From assembly GCA_951406725.2 (NCBI GenBank), contig OX597820.1, forward strand, positions 62,001 through 126,000: DNA of 64,000 nucleotides. Reading direction: 5' to 3'. The notes under the pieces are model-generated. The model did no database searches. It was not told the origin of the DNA and saw nothing but the letters and a program-made list of their open reading frames with translations. Source of the stretch: Octopus vulgaris. Lineage: Eukaryota. The translations under genes were made by a program, and so were the position numbers. Position 1 is the stretch's first letter. Every line of letters begins with the position of its first letter. Positions 23,976-36,958 of the stretch are shown piece after piece.

Positions 23976-25441
23976 TCACATCACTTTCCCTGTCAGCACT
24001 ACAGCATGGGACCAGAGGTAGGACTTGATTATCTGTCCATCTTGGATTCGTAAACCCTTCTCTCCCATTTGTTTCCTCATCTTTAGCTCGGATATCAGGT
24101 TCCTCCGGCGAATTCTCTCTCTTAGTGAGTATTCCTCGCGAAAACCCATATTGGGGTCCTCCCAGGCATGCGTCTGAGCTCTGTTCAGAAAGACTGAAGC
24201 CTCCCGATCAGAAGAAAAGATTACCCTTATTGGGCGTGGTCTAGTATCTGCGGTTGGGTTCGCTTGGAATCTTCCTAGCCGAGCGACCTTAAGAACACTG
24301 ACATTTTCGTTCACAGAGAACAATTTTCCAACCAAAACGGAAACAAAATTAATGTCATCTTTTAGGCGGTTTATGCCTGTATCACAGGTGGATTCAGCCT
24401 TGCCATATATTATTGCCGATCTTGAGTGGGCAAAAAGTTCTCTACTATGAGCTGCGGTATTCGATTCTTCATTGGAGGATTTCGAAAGGGTGGTTTCATA
24501 GCCATCGGACTTATGTCGGCCTGTGGGGTCGATCGGAATGGATTTAGTGGTCATAATTTTCCCGCCTGGTTTGGAACTGCACTGCCTCTTCTTCGGTTTG
24601 GGGGAGCACCACTCCCCAGATGAACCCACATCGAGATCGTTCAGAATTGGTTGAGCAATGGCATTAAGGACAAGTGAAGGACAAGTGAAGGAGAATCCAA
24701 ACAGATTTTATCGTGATCAGGTTTCATAGCCAAATCTGCCCCTCTGGAGTTTTGACTACGTTTCTTCTTTTGGGGAGAACAACGGTCTTCAGGTGGGTTT
24801 GAGTCTACGCTCCTCGAACTAGGTTGGGGAGCCTCCGGGACCGAAAAGGCAGATGAGGAAGAATCCGCACAGGAACGATCATGTGCAGGAACGACCGCCG
24901 GTTCCTTCGCCTTCTTTGGCCGCTTCGATTTTGTTCCCTTCGGTTTGGACGTCTCCAGGGAAGAAATCAAGGGTGACCCTGCGTCAACAGGAGACCGTTT
25001 ATCGTGGTCAGGTTTCATAGCTAAATCCGCCCCACTGGAGTTTTGACTACGTTTCTTCTTTTGGGAAGAATAACGGTCTTCAGGTGGGTTTGAGTCTACG
25101 CTCCTCAAATTAGGTTGGGGAACCTCCGGGACCGAAAAGGCAGATGAGGAAGAATCCGCACGGGAACGATCATGTGCAGAAACGACCGCCGGTTCCTTCG
25201 CCTTCTTTGGCCGCCTCGATTTTGTTCCCTTCGGTTTGGACGTCTCCAGGGAAGAAATCAAGGGTGACTCTGCGTCAACAGGAGACTGTTTATTCAGTAA
25301 GAGAGCAACAACACACTTTAGGTGCTCAACCTCTTGTTTGAGCAACAGCAACTGTTCGTTGAGCTGACTATTGGTAGGACCATCATCTTGATGAGAAGCC
25401 CTACTTACAGATCTCAGTTTTGATGCGTAGGTAGCTGACAT
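23976..25441 (-). pseudogene. ORF1 of the second CR1 family (split into 266-aa and 217-aa pieces)
   Basis: N-terminal coiled-coil-like heptads, then RSAIIYG..E and RLGR...RPRPIRVIF motifs typical of CR1/L2 ORF1. Confidence 0.7.
24707..25288 (-). repeat. In-frame 291-bp (97-aa) tandem duplication inside ORF1
   Basis: SPVDA(E/G)SPLISSLETSKPKGTKS...ADLAMKPDHDK occurs twice; GCGTCAACAGGAGAC at 24981 and 25272. Confidence 0.9.
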
Positions 25442-26871
25442 GATGGATGGTTGACTAAAAACAATCTTCTATGGGCTCTAGGAGTAGTAGTCGGGACACA
25501 CAAGACAGTGGCTGGTTGTTTAAGTATGTTCTAAATGTTAAGTCAAGTGAAGTAAACAACAAAGCTTTGGTCCTAAAATAGACAACAATCCTCTTCTCAA
25601 AATATTTCACACAACTTTCTCTCTGTAAGAAATTAGCATTGTTTACCTTTTTGTATAGTGGTGACACAATAAATCACACACGCGTACACATACATAATAC
25701 TTACATACATACATGCATACATACATACACACATACATACATACATACATACATACATACATACATACATACATACATACATACATACATACATCAAGCT
25801 TACCTGCATACATACGTCCATCCATCCACATATAAATGCAACAAGCTTACATGTCTACATAGATACCAGTGGTTGAGGCAGGGGTGTTGCCCTAGTTGCC
25901 CGGGTAACACCCTTTCTGGCACATCCGACACCAAAAAAATTGCCGGGACCAAGATTTTTCAGAGCATAACTGTTTTATATGTTTCTGGTCAGCTACAACA
26001 TAGAATACATGAAAATGTGTCCATTTGTTACAAATTGCGATTCCCGACTAATATAGTAATTTTTTGGAAACAAAAAAGATCTTGGGTCCCCACTCAATAC
26101 ACACAGACGCATTCAAACAATCTTAAGCAAACACATATATGCATATTTATATATCGTTTTAGAAGCTTCGAAGAAACTATAAGCTTATTCCCAAGCACTC
26201 ATCTCTGCATGCACTGTAACTACTAGAATCTGCAGTGAGCTTATTAAAATTAAATACGTAATTCATGTCCTCTAAAGACACACACATACACCCAAACAGA
26301 AAGGCATACAATGACACATAAACAAACACACACAAATTTATGGTTGCAACTTGATTCCGAAATATGCCACATTTGTTTACTCAACGAAGCAGGGACGTGT
26401 ATTTTTTAGTCCTGTTAGGGATCTAAACACTTTTGCGCAATCAAAGACATACTAACGAAGGAGACTTCCTGCTGCAGTTTTTGAGAGACTTACCATCTTC
26501 CCTCACTCATACCTTTGTTCTCTCATGAAATTTTCAACTTTGTGTTTTGCCGATCGCAGGCTATGTGCCTTGTCGTTCGAAGGCTGTGCGTTTTGGCTGC
26601 GTCTGAGGAAAAATAGAAGGAAAGAACCTTTGCACATGGCAATTCCGACTCCCTCCCCAAACAGCCAATACATTCCTGCCAAACAAACAACTATTCTACA
26701 TCATAAGTATTACAAAAGAGAGATGTCACAACAAAAGCAGTTATATCGCACTCCCAGCCATTGGAGGGCTGTTGATTCTCCTGTGATCACCCGGCCTTTG
26801 AAATAGTTTGCTTTTCGACCTGCAGGGAGTTAAACGAAGGGTGTCCACCTTACCAAGTACATACATAAATA

Positions 26872-26931
<60 letters not shown>

Positions 26932-27049
26932 TATACATATATACATACATGCATGCATACATATCTTATATAAAATTTCTGAGAGACATATAAACAGTAG
27001 CAGTACGGAATTGTAAACTATATTTGCCAACTGAATGTGGCGTGCTATA

Positions 27050-27532
27050 CAGGACAGTGCTACTGTTCTTTATAGCCCCAGGAAGACATCTCCTCCAGCT
27101 GAATAACGACACACATTCTGTGCCCGATTAGAATTTGCGAAGGAGGCCATCACTACCATCTGAAGCCAAATCACTATATACTTTTCTAGCAACTCACTGT
27201 CGATGATCTCGTAAAGAGAGAGATATGTTATATTAAATCTGTATGTTATATTAAATTTAAAATAACATATCTCTCTCTTTTACGAGATTAGCGACTGTGA
27301 GTCGTTAGAAAGGTATATAATAATTTGCGAGTGGAATGAACTTTCATCACTTGCTAGTGATTAACACATGCTCGGTGGGAGGGGAGGTAATCACCCACAA
27401 ACTTGCATCCGTGTGTATGACGTATGGTTAGACATGGGAGCGATGAACCCCCTTGCAAATACTAATCGGACACAGACTGTGTCATTAGCCAACTGGAGGA
27501 GATGTCTTCCTGGTGCTATAAGCACTGTCCTG
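27050..27532. mobile_element. MITE with about 110-bp TIRs (CAGGACAGTGC...), TA TSD and an internal ~70-bp-arm palindrome
   Basis: TA|CAGGACAGTGC...GCACTGTCCTG|TA; inner inverted repeat at about 27165-27330. Confidence 0.85.
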
Positions 27533-27699
27533 TATATATGTGTATATATATGTATACAAACACGCACAAACACATATACATATGTAATTTGTATATGTAG
27601 AGGAATAGCTGCATAGAAAGGGTCACATAAGTTAGGGACGGGCTTGGAAAGATTGGCAAAATGGGACCACAAAAAGCAACACCAAGTTGCAAGAAAATA

Positions 27700-28400
27700 A
27701 ACAACGCAACATTTATATCAAAGAAAGGAAGATGAGCAGAGTAAGAAGTTTATCATTGTTTTAAGACATCAGAAGTGTGACATATTCTGAATGGCAAGAT
27801 TGTTTGGGAGAGAAATGAAAGACATTATTGATGAAGATTCTGTACGGAATAATAATCATACTCTTGTTATTCATGAAATGTAAAGAAAGAAGAGCAGACG
27901 TGTTATAATGAGAATTTGTTGGATGTAATCAATAGAAGGGGGATAAAGAGTGTATCGGAAGTAAACCCAGTTGAGGGGGCCATCCATCCAAATTTACAGC
28001 CGTACAGTGGAGAATGCGATTAAAGATATGAAGGTAGGGAAGGTATCTGATACGAAATACTCATGAGAGTGGGATGCGGGTTAGTCAGCCCCTAAGTAAT
28101 TCAATTTGAATAGGAGATTCTTATACCCAGTGACTGATGTGGTAATACCATTTTCAACTGCTATAAAAGGCAAAGGTAATGTATTAAAGTAAGAATGCTT
28201 GAGGTGTTAAACTGTTGGGGCCAGTTATGAAGGTTACAAAAAGAATTACATCTCATTTGCTTAGAAAAAGAAAATTAATGTAGACGTGATTTTTGTTTTT
28301 ATGGTGAGAATAAATACAACTGATGCTGTCTTCTCAGTGAGACAAGAGCAGAAATATTCTGCCCAATTCCTTGTTTATTTAGAGAAGATACATGTTGTTT
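27700..28400 (+). pseudogene. Decayed RTE-like RT relic (copies near 37130-37820 and 55250-55950)
   Basis: Remnants such as GPSIQI..VENAIKDMKVGK and TTDAVFSVRQ.Q among many stops. Confidence 0.55.
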
Positions 28401-29072
28401 CTCAGCTCTGTGATCCGTCTGGTTCAAGAATAAGTGTCACAAAACTAGAGAGTGACAGGAATACTAGCCTCACTCGAACCCGTACATACATTACATCACA
28501 GCTAGAAAGCTATGTATTTGAAATCCTACAAAAAGAGATACATCATTCCTCCTTTTCTCCCCAATATTCTAAGTCTCTGTCATAACACTACGCTCTGGGT
28601 CACACTCACCCAGGAGACATGTGTATGTGTGCCTGAGGGTACATATGTATATCTTTGTGTGATCTACTGAATTCAAAGTTTCTAACACAATAGCCAGTTT
28701 CAATAATTGGATGGGTGTGGGACATATTTGTAAGTATTGAAATTAGCCTTTCAAATTTCAGATGCACTTGACTTAACACGGTTATATGAAAAGACTTTTT
28801 AAGAGAGGAACGTTTCTTGGAAATTTAAATAAAAGAAAACTGATTGTATACATACATACATACACATAGTCATATATGTATACATATATACGTGTGTATA
28901 TATATATATGTGTGTGTGTGTATGTGTTCGTGTATGTGTGTGTGTTTCTGTATGTGCGTGTGTATTGTATGTATGCATATACAAAAATGCATTGCATACG
29001 TATATATTTATTTATATATTTATATATATATGCATACATACATATATAATACACACAAACACACACACACAC

Positions 29073-29153
<81 letters not shown>

Positions 29154-29355
29154 TGTATGAATTAAGTTTACGTATAATATAGCAAATAGCAAAACAGTAA
29201 AAAAAAAAAAGGGTATCGGGTCATATTATTACATGAGAGGCCAACATGGGGTGGGTTTAAGTGCCTTCGAAACAAAACTGGATATCCTCCTGTCAAAATA
29301 CCAGGTCCTTGCCACTGAAGTACAGACGCTTGTTAGAGGGCAGATATAGATAGGT

Positions 29356-29691
29356 AGCTCGACCCCAGTACGCAACTGGTGCCTAATTTATCGAACCTGA
29401 AAGGATGAAAGGCAAAGTCAACCTCGGCGTAATTTGAACTCAGAACGCAAAGACAGAAGAAATACCTATTTCTTTACTACCCACACGGGGCTAAACACAG
29501 TGGAGACAAACATGGACAGAGAGAAGGATCAAATCGATTACATCGACCCCAGTGCGCAACTTGTACTTATATAAACTACCCCGAAAGGGTTAAAGCAAAG
29601 TCGTCCTCGGCGAAATTTGAACTCAGAACGCAAAGACAGACGAAATAACGCTAAGCATTTAGCCCGGCGTGTTAACGTTTCTGCCAGCTCA
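29356..29691 (-). mobile_element. tRNA-derived SINE with internal tandem duplication (copy 38798-39133; single-unit form 57677-57828)
   Basis: Minus strand GAGCTGGCAGAAACGTTA (A-box-like) and GAGTTCAAAT (B-box-like); body duplicated. Confidence 0.75.
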
Positions 29692-30020
29692 CAGCCTTTG
29701 GAGCTTCAATAAATTAAATGACAAATGTGTTCATCTTAATGAGATATCTGTGCGTCATTGGAATGTATTGATAGACAGTTGTACAACACGAGTACTACTC
29801 TGAGTCTCTGTGACTAGAACCTAGGGGCAGACCGAATCTAGATGAACAATGATTATGTGAAATAGCAGGTTTTACATCAGAACGCACTTCTCCTAAAAAG
29901 TACTGTGACAACAGCGAGCGTTGCGTCCTTGAGCAAGACACTTTATTTCACGTTGCTTCAGTCCATTAAAATGGCAAACATACATACATACATACATACA
30001 TACATACATACATACATACA

Positions 30021-30052
<32 letters not shown>

Positions 30053-30105
30053 CATATATATATATATATATAATATATATATATATATATTATATATCAG
30101 ATACA

Positions 30106-30227
<122 letters not shown>

Positions 30228-30978
30228 AAGACATACATATATGTATCTGAATATAATACATGCATACATACTAAGAGCCAACGTTACGACAGAAAACGTC
30301 GCCACTGATAAGAGGAAGAATTAGTTGTGCAATGTCCCAGTGATATAGTTGTGGTAATCAGATGACCATCGGGTGTTAACATAAACCTTAAGATCAGCGA
30401 AAAACAAAATACCTTCACTGAACATTTAAGAAACCTAGTCATGCATACGTATATAATACATACATATATAATACACACACGTACATACATATATATGATC
30501 TAAGTTTACGTACGATATATCAAAGAACGAGACAGACATAGAACAGGTATCGGCTCAAATTACTACAAAGGACTACAAAGTACCACAAAGGACTAGAAAG
30601 ACCAATTTGGGTTGCGTTTAGGTGGATTTGAAACAAAACTAGATCTCTTATCCATGTACAAGGATGTAGCGATTGTTACAGAGGTTAGCGAAAGGACAGG
30701 GATAAACAGATAGTTAGTTAGTTAGTTAAGTTAGTTAGTTAGTTTAGCTAGTCAGTTAGATAGATAGATAGACATATACACACACACAGACATACAAAAA
30801 GACGCGAGCCCGCGCGCAAGCATAAGTATATATTGACGAATACAACAGCCTTCTTGTGATATTGCCAGGGTAACATAAATATACGTATCTATCTATCTCT
30901 CTCTCTCTCTCTCAAATTATATATGTATATATATATATAATGTATGTATATATGTATGACTGTAAATATGTATGTATG

Positions 30979-31042
<64 letters not shown>

Positions 31043-31075
31043 ATGTATGTATATATGTATGTATATATATATTAT

Positions 31076-33690
31076 GTTTAAATATTTGTTGTTCAAGAAT
31101 TTCTATGTGAAGTCGTGTGTTGAAGCAGATATTGCTATATTTCGGAATGGTCATATTGCCAGTTTAGCCAATAAAAACACACGCACTATATATTTGGTGT
31201 TATTTTGTTCATGTGTTTACATCCACTTATTATTATCATTACGTATGCTTGTATGTATGTATGTATGTATAACAACAATACTAGTAATAATAATTATAAA
31301 TCGAATCAATATATATATATATATATATATGTATGTATAGTTATTTATTTCTATTTGTTTTTTATCTGTGTATTTATTATGTTTTCGGAATCCTCTATCG
31401 TGATACGTTGGGGGAGGGGGTGTTAGTGCTCCATTCTAGTTTTCTATTCAGGCTAGGTTTATTTTCTATTATGTGTGTAGCTTCTGTAATTTGTTTAATT
31501 GTTGCATCTGTTCTATGTGTGGACAATATTTTAATTTCTATGTTATTGATTGATCCCCCGTGTTCCTGCTCGGCGTGTTGGTACAGAATCGATGAGATTT
31601 TACCTTCCTTGAATTGTCTCCAATGGCCATTTACCCGCTCTCCTATGCTTCTTGCCGCTTCCCCTACTATGTCGTTGTCTTGTTACTGCATCGTCCCTCT
31701 ATACATCTTATACTATAGACTACATTTCTGGCTTTACAGTTTGTTTTCGGGCTAAATATACATAAAGTACAGTTTGTAAGGGTCCTTCTAAAGCGGTACG
31801 CCAGTTCACCTCCAGGGGTGGTGTCAACGAACATGACACTCTGGTATTTATGGCTATCATACCAAGAGTTGGCCTTCTCTATTTTCTTTTTTGTCCTTTC
31901 TATAGTGTTCCATGGCTTGGTTCTATAGAGTGGGCAAGTCCCATTCCTATCATTACATAATATATTATCAAATTTCTTCATGGCTCCTTTGTATACTCTG
32001 ATACTTTCTTTATGGCTGTAACCTGAGAACTGCATGCGGTGAATGAAATATTGTATGTGTCTCTTTAACTCTGTGGTCTCGCACATGCGTGACACATTTC
32101 TCATTATTCTGACGAGGTCTGCCATCAAAATATTGAATTTGGCATTGTCCGCAATGGCTGAGTTCCGGTGGATCAAGTATGTTGAGCCCATAGGTTTGGC
32201 ATAGTATGAATGAAGAATTTGGGTTTTATTAGTCACATTTTCTAGCCAGAGTTCAGTGTCTATTACTGGTAGTCTATGGTTGGGGTGTTTAGTGGGGTAG
32301 TCTATTGTGACCTTAATACTCTGGTGAATGGAGTTAGCTATTTGCTGGATGCTCTCCATAGTATTAGTTTCTAATACTATATCAACATTACTCTCTTGTG
32401 GGGGTGCCCTTGCCACTATGTTGATATCATCAACATAGCGAGAGTACATGTTTACGAGTATGGAGTTCTGTGTTGGGCGTTCTTTAAGCCTTCTGTCTCA
32501 CTATACCATGAAAAGGTTAGCCACATCACTAGCGATACTAACGCCGATGGCTGCCCCCTCGACCTGAGCATATATTTTATTATTAAACTGAAACGTGTGG
32601 CCTTTTAGGGTAACTCTTATACTAGCTCCTGGTGCATGTGCGATCATTTTCTTTACCTGATGGACATTTGCGGGGCTCCGTATGGCTCTGGTCCATCCGC
32701 GCAATCTTTCTATACGTGTCTTCCTAGCCATAGAAGTAATTGGGGCGGTCTACCTCTTAAACATCTACTGGGGCAGAAACTACTAAGATTATGTTTATCT
32801 AAGTATTCATTATTACATGCCAGTCTAAGTAGGAGGCCCAGTTCTTCTGTGTTGACATTACGGAACTCCACCTGGCTCTCGTTGATCATCTCCACGCACT
32901 TCTCCACCGCAAGATCTACGTCGATCGATGAGTATAGGGATACCACATCCGTGCAACCCACCATACATCCTGTCAGGTCACAAGTGTTGTTACAGTCATT
33001 GATCCTGTTGAGGAGATCTGCTGTGCTGTCACAAACATCAACTGACATCCGGATTATAGGGCGTATGATCATTGAGAGGAAGTAGGAGATTCTGTAATTG
33101 CTAGCGATATTCGCTCCACAGACTGGTCTTGTTGGTGGTCCTGCTATAGGGTCAGTAATTACTTTATGGTCCTTGCGATGTCCATACTGTGCCGGGATAT
33201 CATTGTTCCAGGATTTGACATTATTTGCTGTACGTTTCTGGGGTCCCAGAACAATTGTCCACATGACCATGTGGGCGTTGAGGAGCTTTTCTCTCTCCTT
33301 ATGCGCCTGTACAGTTGTTATTATTGTATTGGCGATATGTGGTTGCATATATATACATGAACGTATATAAACAGTAGACACAAATATTAAAGGCATCCCC
33401 GCACATACACACACTAAATAAACATTGACGCACATAGAGATATAAGCATGCGCAAATGAAAACATACAATACAAATACAAAATGGCTGACGGTTAGTAAG
33501 GAGAGACACAAATAAGAAAGAAGAAAACAAAGGACCACTGATGCGGTCACAGGAATGTGACGAAAGAACTCTGGCCGAAATAAGATTAAGATTAATGTAA
33601 AAAATAAATAACACTGAAGCAAAATAACACCAAATATATAGTGCGTGTGTTTTTATTGGCTAAACTGGCAATATGACCATTCCGAAATAT

Positions 33691-33697
<7 letters not shown>
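31076..33697 (-). mobile_element. PLE family 1 copy A2 (duplicate of A1 with an extra ~100-bp deletion near 31777)
   Basis: Same ends, same pLTR deletion and same inversion junction as 5102-7840. Confidence 0.92.
33532..33576 (+). ncRNA. Hammerhead-like motif in the inverted pLTR of A2
   Basis: Identical to 7675-7719. Confidence 0.65.
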
Positions 33698-33752
<55 letters not shown>

Positions 33753-33758
<6 letters not shown>

Positions 33759-34160
33759 GAGTTCAACTTAAGGACAGTGCCGGTGACCTACATTTCGCAA
33801 TGAATCCATTGTTCTGCCGGATGCGGGTTGATTAATTAGGTCTGGGGAGATTCCCCGACTCCTTCGGGTGAATTAGGGTTCATTTGGAGGGCTGCCGCCT
33901 TAAGTAAGCAGTTCAATGTGTGAGAGACAGTGAAGAAGAGGAAGAAGAAAGTAGTGAGGAAGACAGATTAAGGAATCTGAGCGGCGATAGAGAGAGTATT
34001 AGAACTAAGAGAGAGATTGAGGGTAGTGACAGAGCAGGAGGTTTTGGGAAGTCGGTAATTGGTCGTCAAGGCGAGCGGTTGGATATAAGAGCGAGGATTT
34101 GGAATTCAGGGCAAGCGTTTAGCAAGTTGGAGTTAGCAGTACTGAGAGAGATGAGGTGCA
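33753..34160. mobile_element. Truncated copy of the solo LTR, cut by a large deletion
   Basis: Matches 15230-15637, then jumps to sequence equivalent to about 19708. Confidence 0.85.
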
Positions 34161-34189
34161 CACATATATTATATCTATCTGTCTATCAC

Positions 34190-34300
<111 letters not shown>

Positions 34301-34312
34301 ATCTATTTATCG

Positions 34313-34364
<52 letters not shown>

Positions 34365-34502
34365 TTATCTTTATATATACCTATCTTATCTACCTATGTA
34401 TCTTATCAATCTATGTATCTTATGTGTCTAATTTATCTATCTATCTATCTTTCTATCTGTATGTCTATATGTATATATGTATAAATATATATATATATAT
34501 AA

Positions 34503-34717
34503 AATCAGTAGACCCATGCAGTTGCCGAGTGGTACCAGCGCGAGCGGAAGAGACCACCCGGAAGACCTCCACGACGGTGGAGTTACGATTTCAGGATGAC
34601 GATTGGGATCACGTGGATGAGAAAGGCGCGATCCAGAGAGGAATTAACAGCGTGCTGTGACCAGCGATGTCAAGTGGACGCCTGACGGACTGGTCGGTCA
34701 AGTGATCAACTGAAGTG

Positions 34718-34718
<1 letters not shown>
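34503..34718 (+). mobile_element. RTE 3' end, duplicate of 20506-20720
   Basis: Near identity. Confidence 0.75.
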
Positions 34719-34749
<31 letters not shown>

Positions 34750-36306
34750 TTAACCGCTGGTAGCGGAGAATGTTTTCTAGAATTTTTTGCTACCCTTATA
34801 TATATATATACGCCCACATATACATATGTATGTATAATATACTTATACGTATATATAATATAAAGCTGAGGTTGATGATGATGATGATGATGATGATTGT
34901 TTACCACCACATTGCAGTACTGCGTCGATGTCATTGCATTAAAATTCTGATTCATTGTAGTAGTCGGGACACACAAGACAGTGGCTGGTTGTTTAAGTAT
35001 GTTCTAAATGTTAAGTCAAGTGAAGTAAACAACAAAGCTTTGGTCCTAAAATAGTCAACAATACTTTCTCAAAATATTTCACACAACTTTCTCTCTGTAA
35101 GATATTAGCATTGTTTACCTTTTTGTATATTGGTGACACAATAAATCACACACGCGTACACATACATAATACTTCCATACATACATGCATACATACATAC
35201 ACACATACACACATACATACATACATACATACATACATACATACATACATCAAGCTTACCTGCATACATACGTCCATCCATCCACATATAAATGCAACAA
35301 GCTTACATGTCTACATAGATACCAGTGGTTGAGGCAGGGGTGTTGCCCTAGTTGCCCGGGTAACACCCTTTCTGGCACATCCGACACCAAAAAAATTGCC
35401 GGGACCAAGATTTTTCAGAGCAAAACTGTTTTATATTTTTCTGGTCTGCTACAACATAGAATACATGAAATGGTGTCCATTTGTTACAAATTGCGATTCC
35501 CGACTAATATAGTAATTTTTTGGAAACAAAAAAAGATCTTGGGTCCCCACTCAATACACACAGACGCATTCAAACAATCTTAAGCAAACACATATATGCA
35601 TATTTATATATCGTTTTAGAAGCTTCGAAGAAACTATAAGCTTATTCCCAAGCACCCATGTCTGCATGCACTGTAACTACTAGAAACTGCAGTGAGCTTA
35701 TTAAAATTAAATACGCAATTCATGTCCTCTAAAAACACACAAAAACACCCAAACAGAAAGGCATACAATGACACATAAACAAACACACACAAATTTATGG
35801 TTGCAACTTGATTCCGAAATATGCCACATTTGTTTACTCAACGAAGCAGGGACGTGTATTTTTAGTCCTGTTAGGGATCTAAACACTTTTGCGCAATCAA
35901 AGACATACTAACGAAGGAGACTTCCTGCTGCAGTTTTTGAGAGACTTACCATCTTCCCTGACTCATACCTTTGTTCTCTCATGAAATTTTCAACTTTGTG
36001 TTTTGCCGATCGCAGGCTGTGCGTTTTGGCTGCGTCTGAGGAAAAATAGAAGGAGAGAACCTTTGCACATGGCAATTCCGACTCCCTCCCCAAACAGCCA
36101 ATACATTCCTGCCAAACAAACAACTATTCTACATCATAAGTATTACATAAGAGAGATGTCACAACAAAAGCAGTTATATCGCACTCCCAGCCATTGGAGG
36201 GCTGTTGATTCTCCTGTGATCACCCGGCCTTTGAAATAGTTTGCTTTTCGACCTGCAGGGAGTTAAACGAAGGGTGTCCACCTTACCAAGTACATACATA
36301 CATACA

Positions 36307-36352
<46 letters not shown>

Positions 36353-36470
36353 TATACATATATACATACATGCATGCATACATATCTTATATAAAATTTC
36401 TGAGAGACATATAAACAGTAGCAGTACGGAATTGTAAACTATATTTGCCAACTGAATGTGGCGTGCTATA

Positions 36471-36958
36471 CAGGACAGTGCTACTGTTCTTTATAGCCCC
36501 AGGAAGACATCTCCTCCAGCTGAATAACGACACACATTCTGTGCCCGATTAGAATATGCGAAGGAGGGCATCACTACCATCTGAAGCCAAATCACTATAT
36601 ACTTTTCTAGCAACTCACTGTCGATGATCTCGTAAAAGAGAGAGATATGTTATATTAAATCTGTATATGTTATGTTAAATTTAAAATAACATATCTCTCT
36701 CTTTTACGAGATTAGCGACTGTGAGTCGCTAGAAAGATATATAATAATTTGCGAGTGGAATGAACTTTCATCACTTGCTAGTGATTAACACATGCTCGGT
36801 GGGAGGGGAGGTAATCACCCACAAACTTGCATCCGTGTGTATGACGTAAGGTTAGACATGGGAGCGATGAACCCTCTTGCAAATACTAATCGGACACAGA
36901 CTGTGTGTCATTAGCCAACTGGAGGAGATGTCTTCCTGGTGCTATAAGCACTGTCCTG
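36471..36958. mobile_element. MITE, duplicate of 27050-27532
   Basis: Same TIRs and TA TSD. Confidence 0.85.

Larger units (their letters stand above)
20984..25483 (-). mobile_element. Near full-length CR1-group LINE, second family, (TAAC)n 3' tail
   Basis: ORF1 + APE + RT. The empty site TTCATTG|TAGTAGTCGGG at about 34951-34968 fixes both ends. Confidence 0.93.

Noticed and set aside
26525-26806. ORF ...LRKNRRKEPLHMAIPTPSP... in three units
   Set aside because: No recognisable domain, and a 23-nt indel between copies shifts the upstream frame.
29600-29691. tRNA gene
   Set aside because: A- and B-box-like motifs are present but no cloverleaf, and it is attached to a repeated SINE body.
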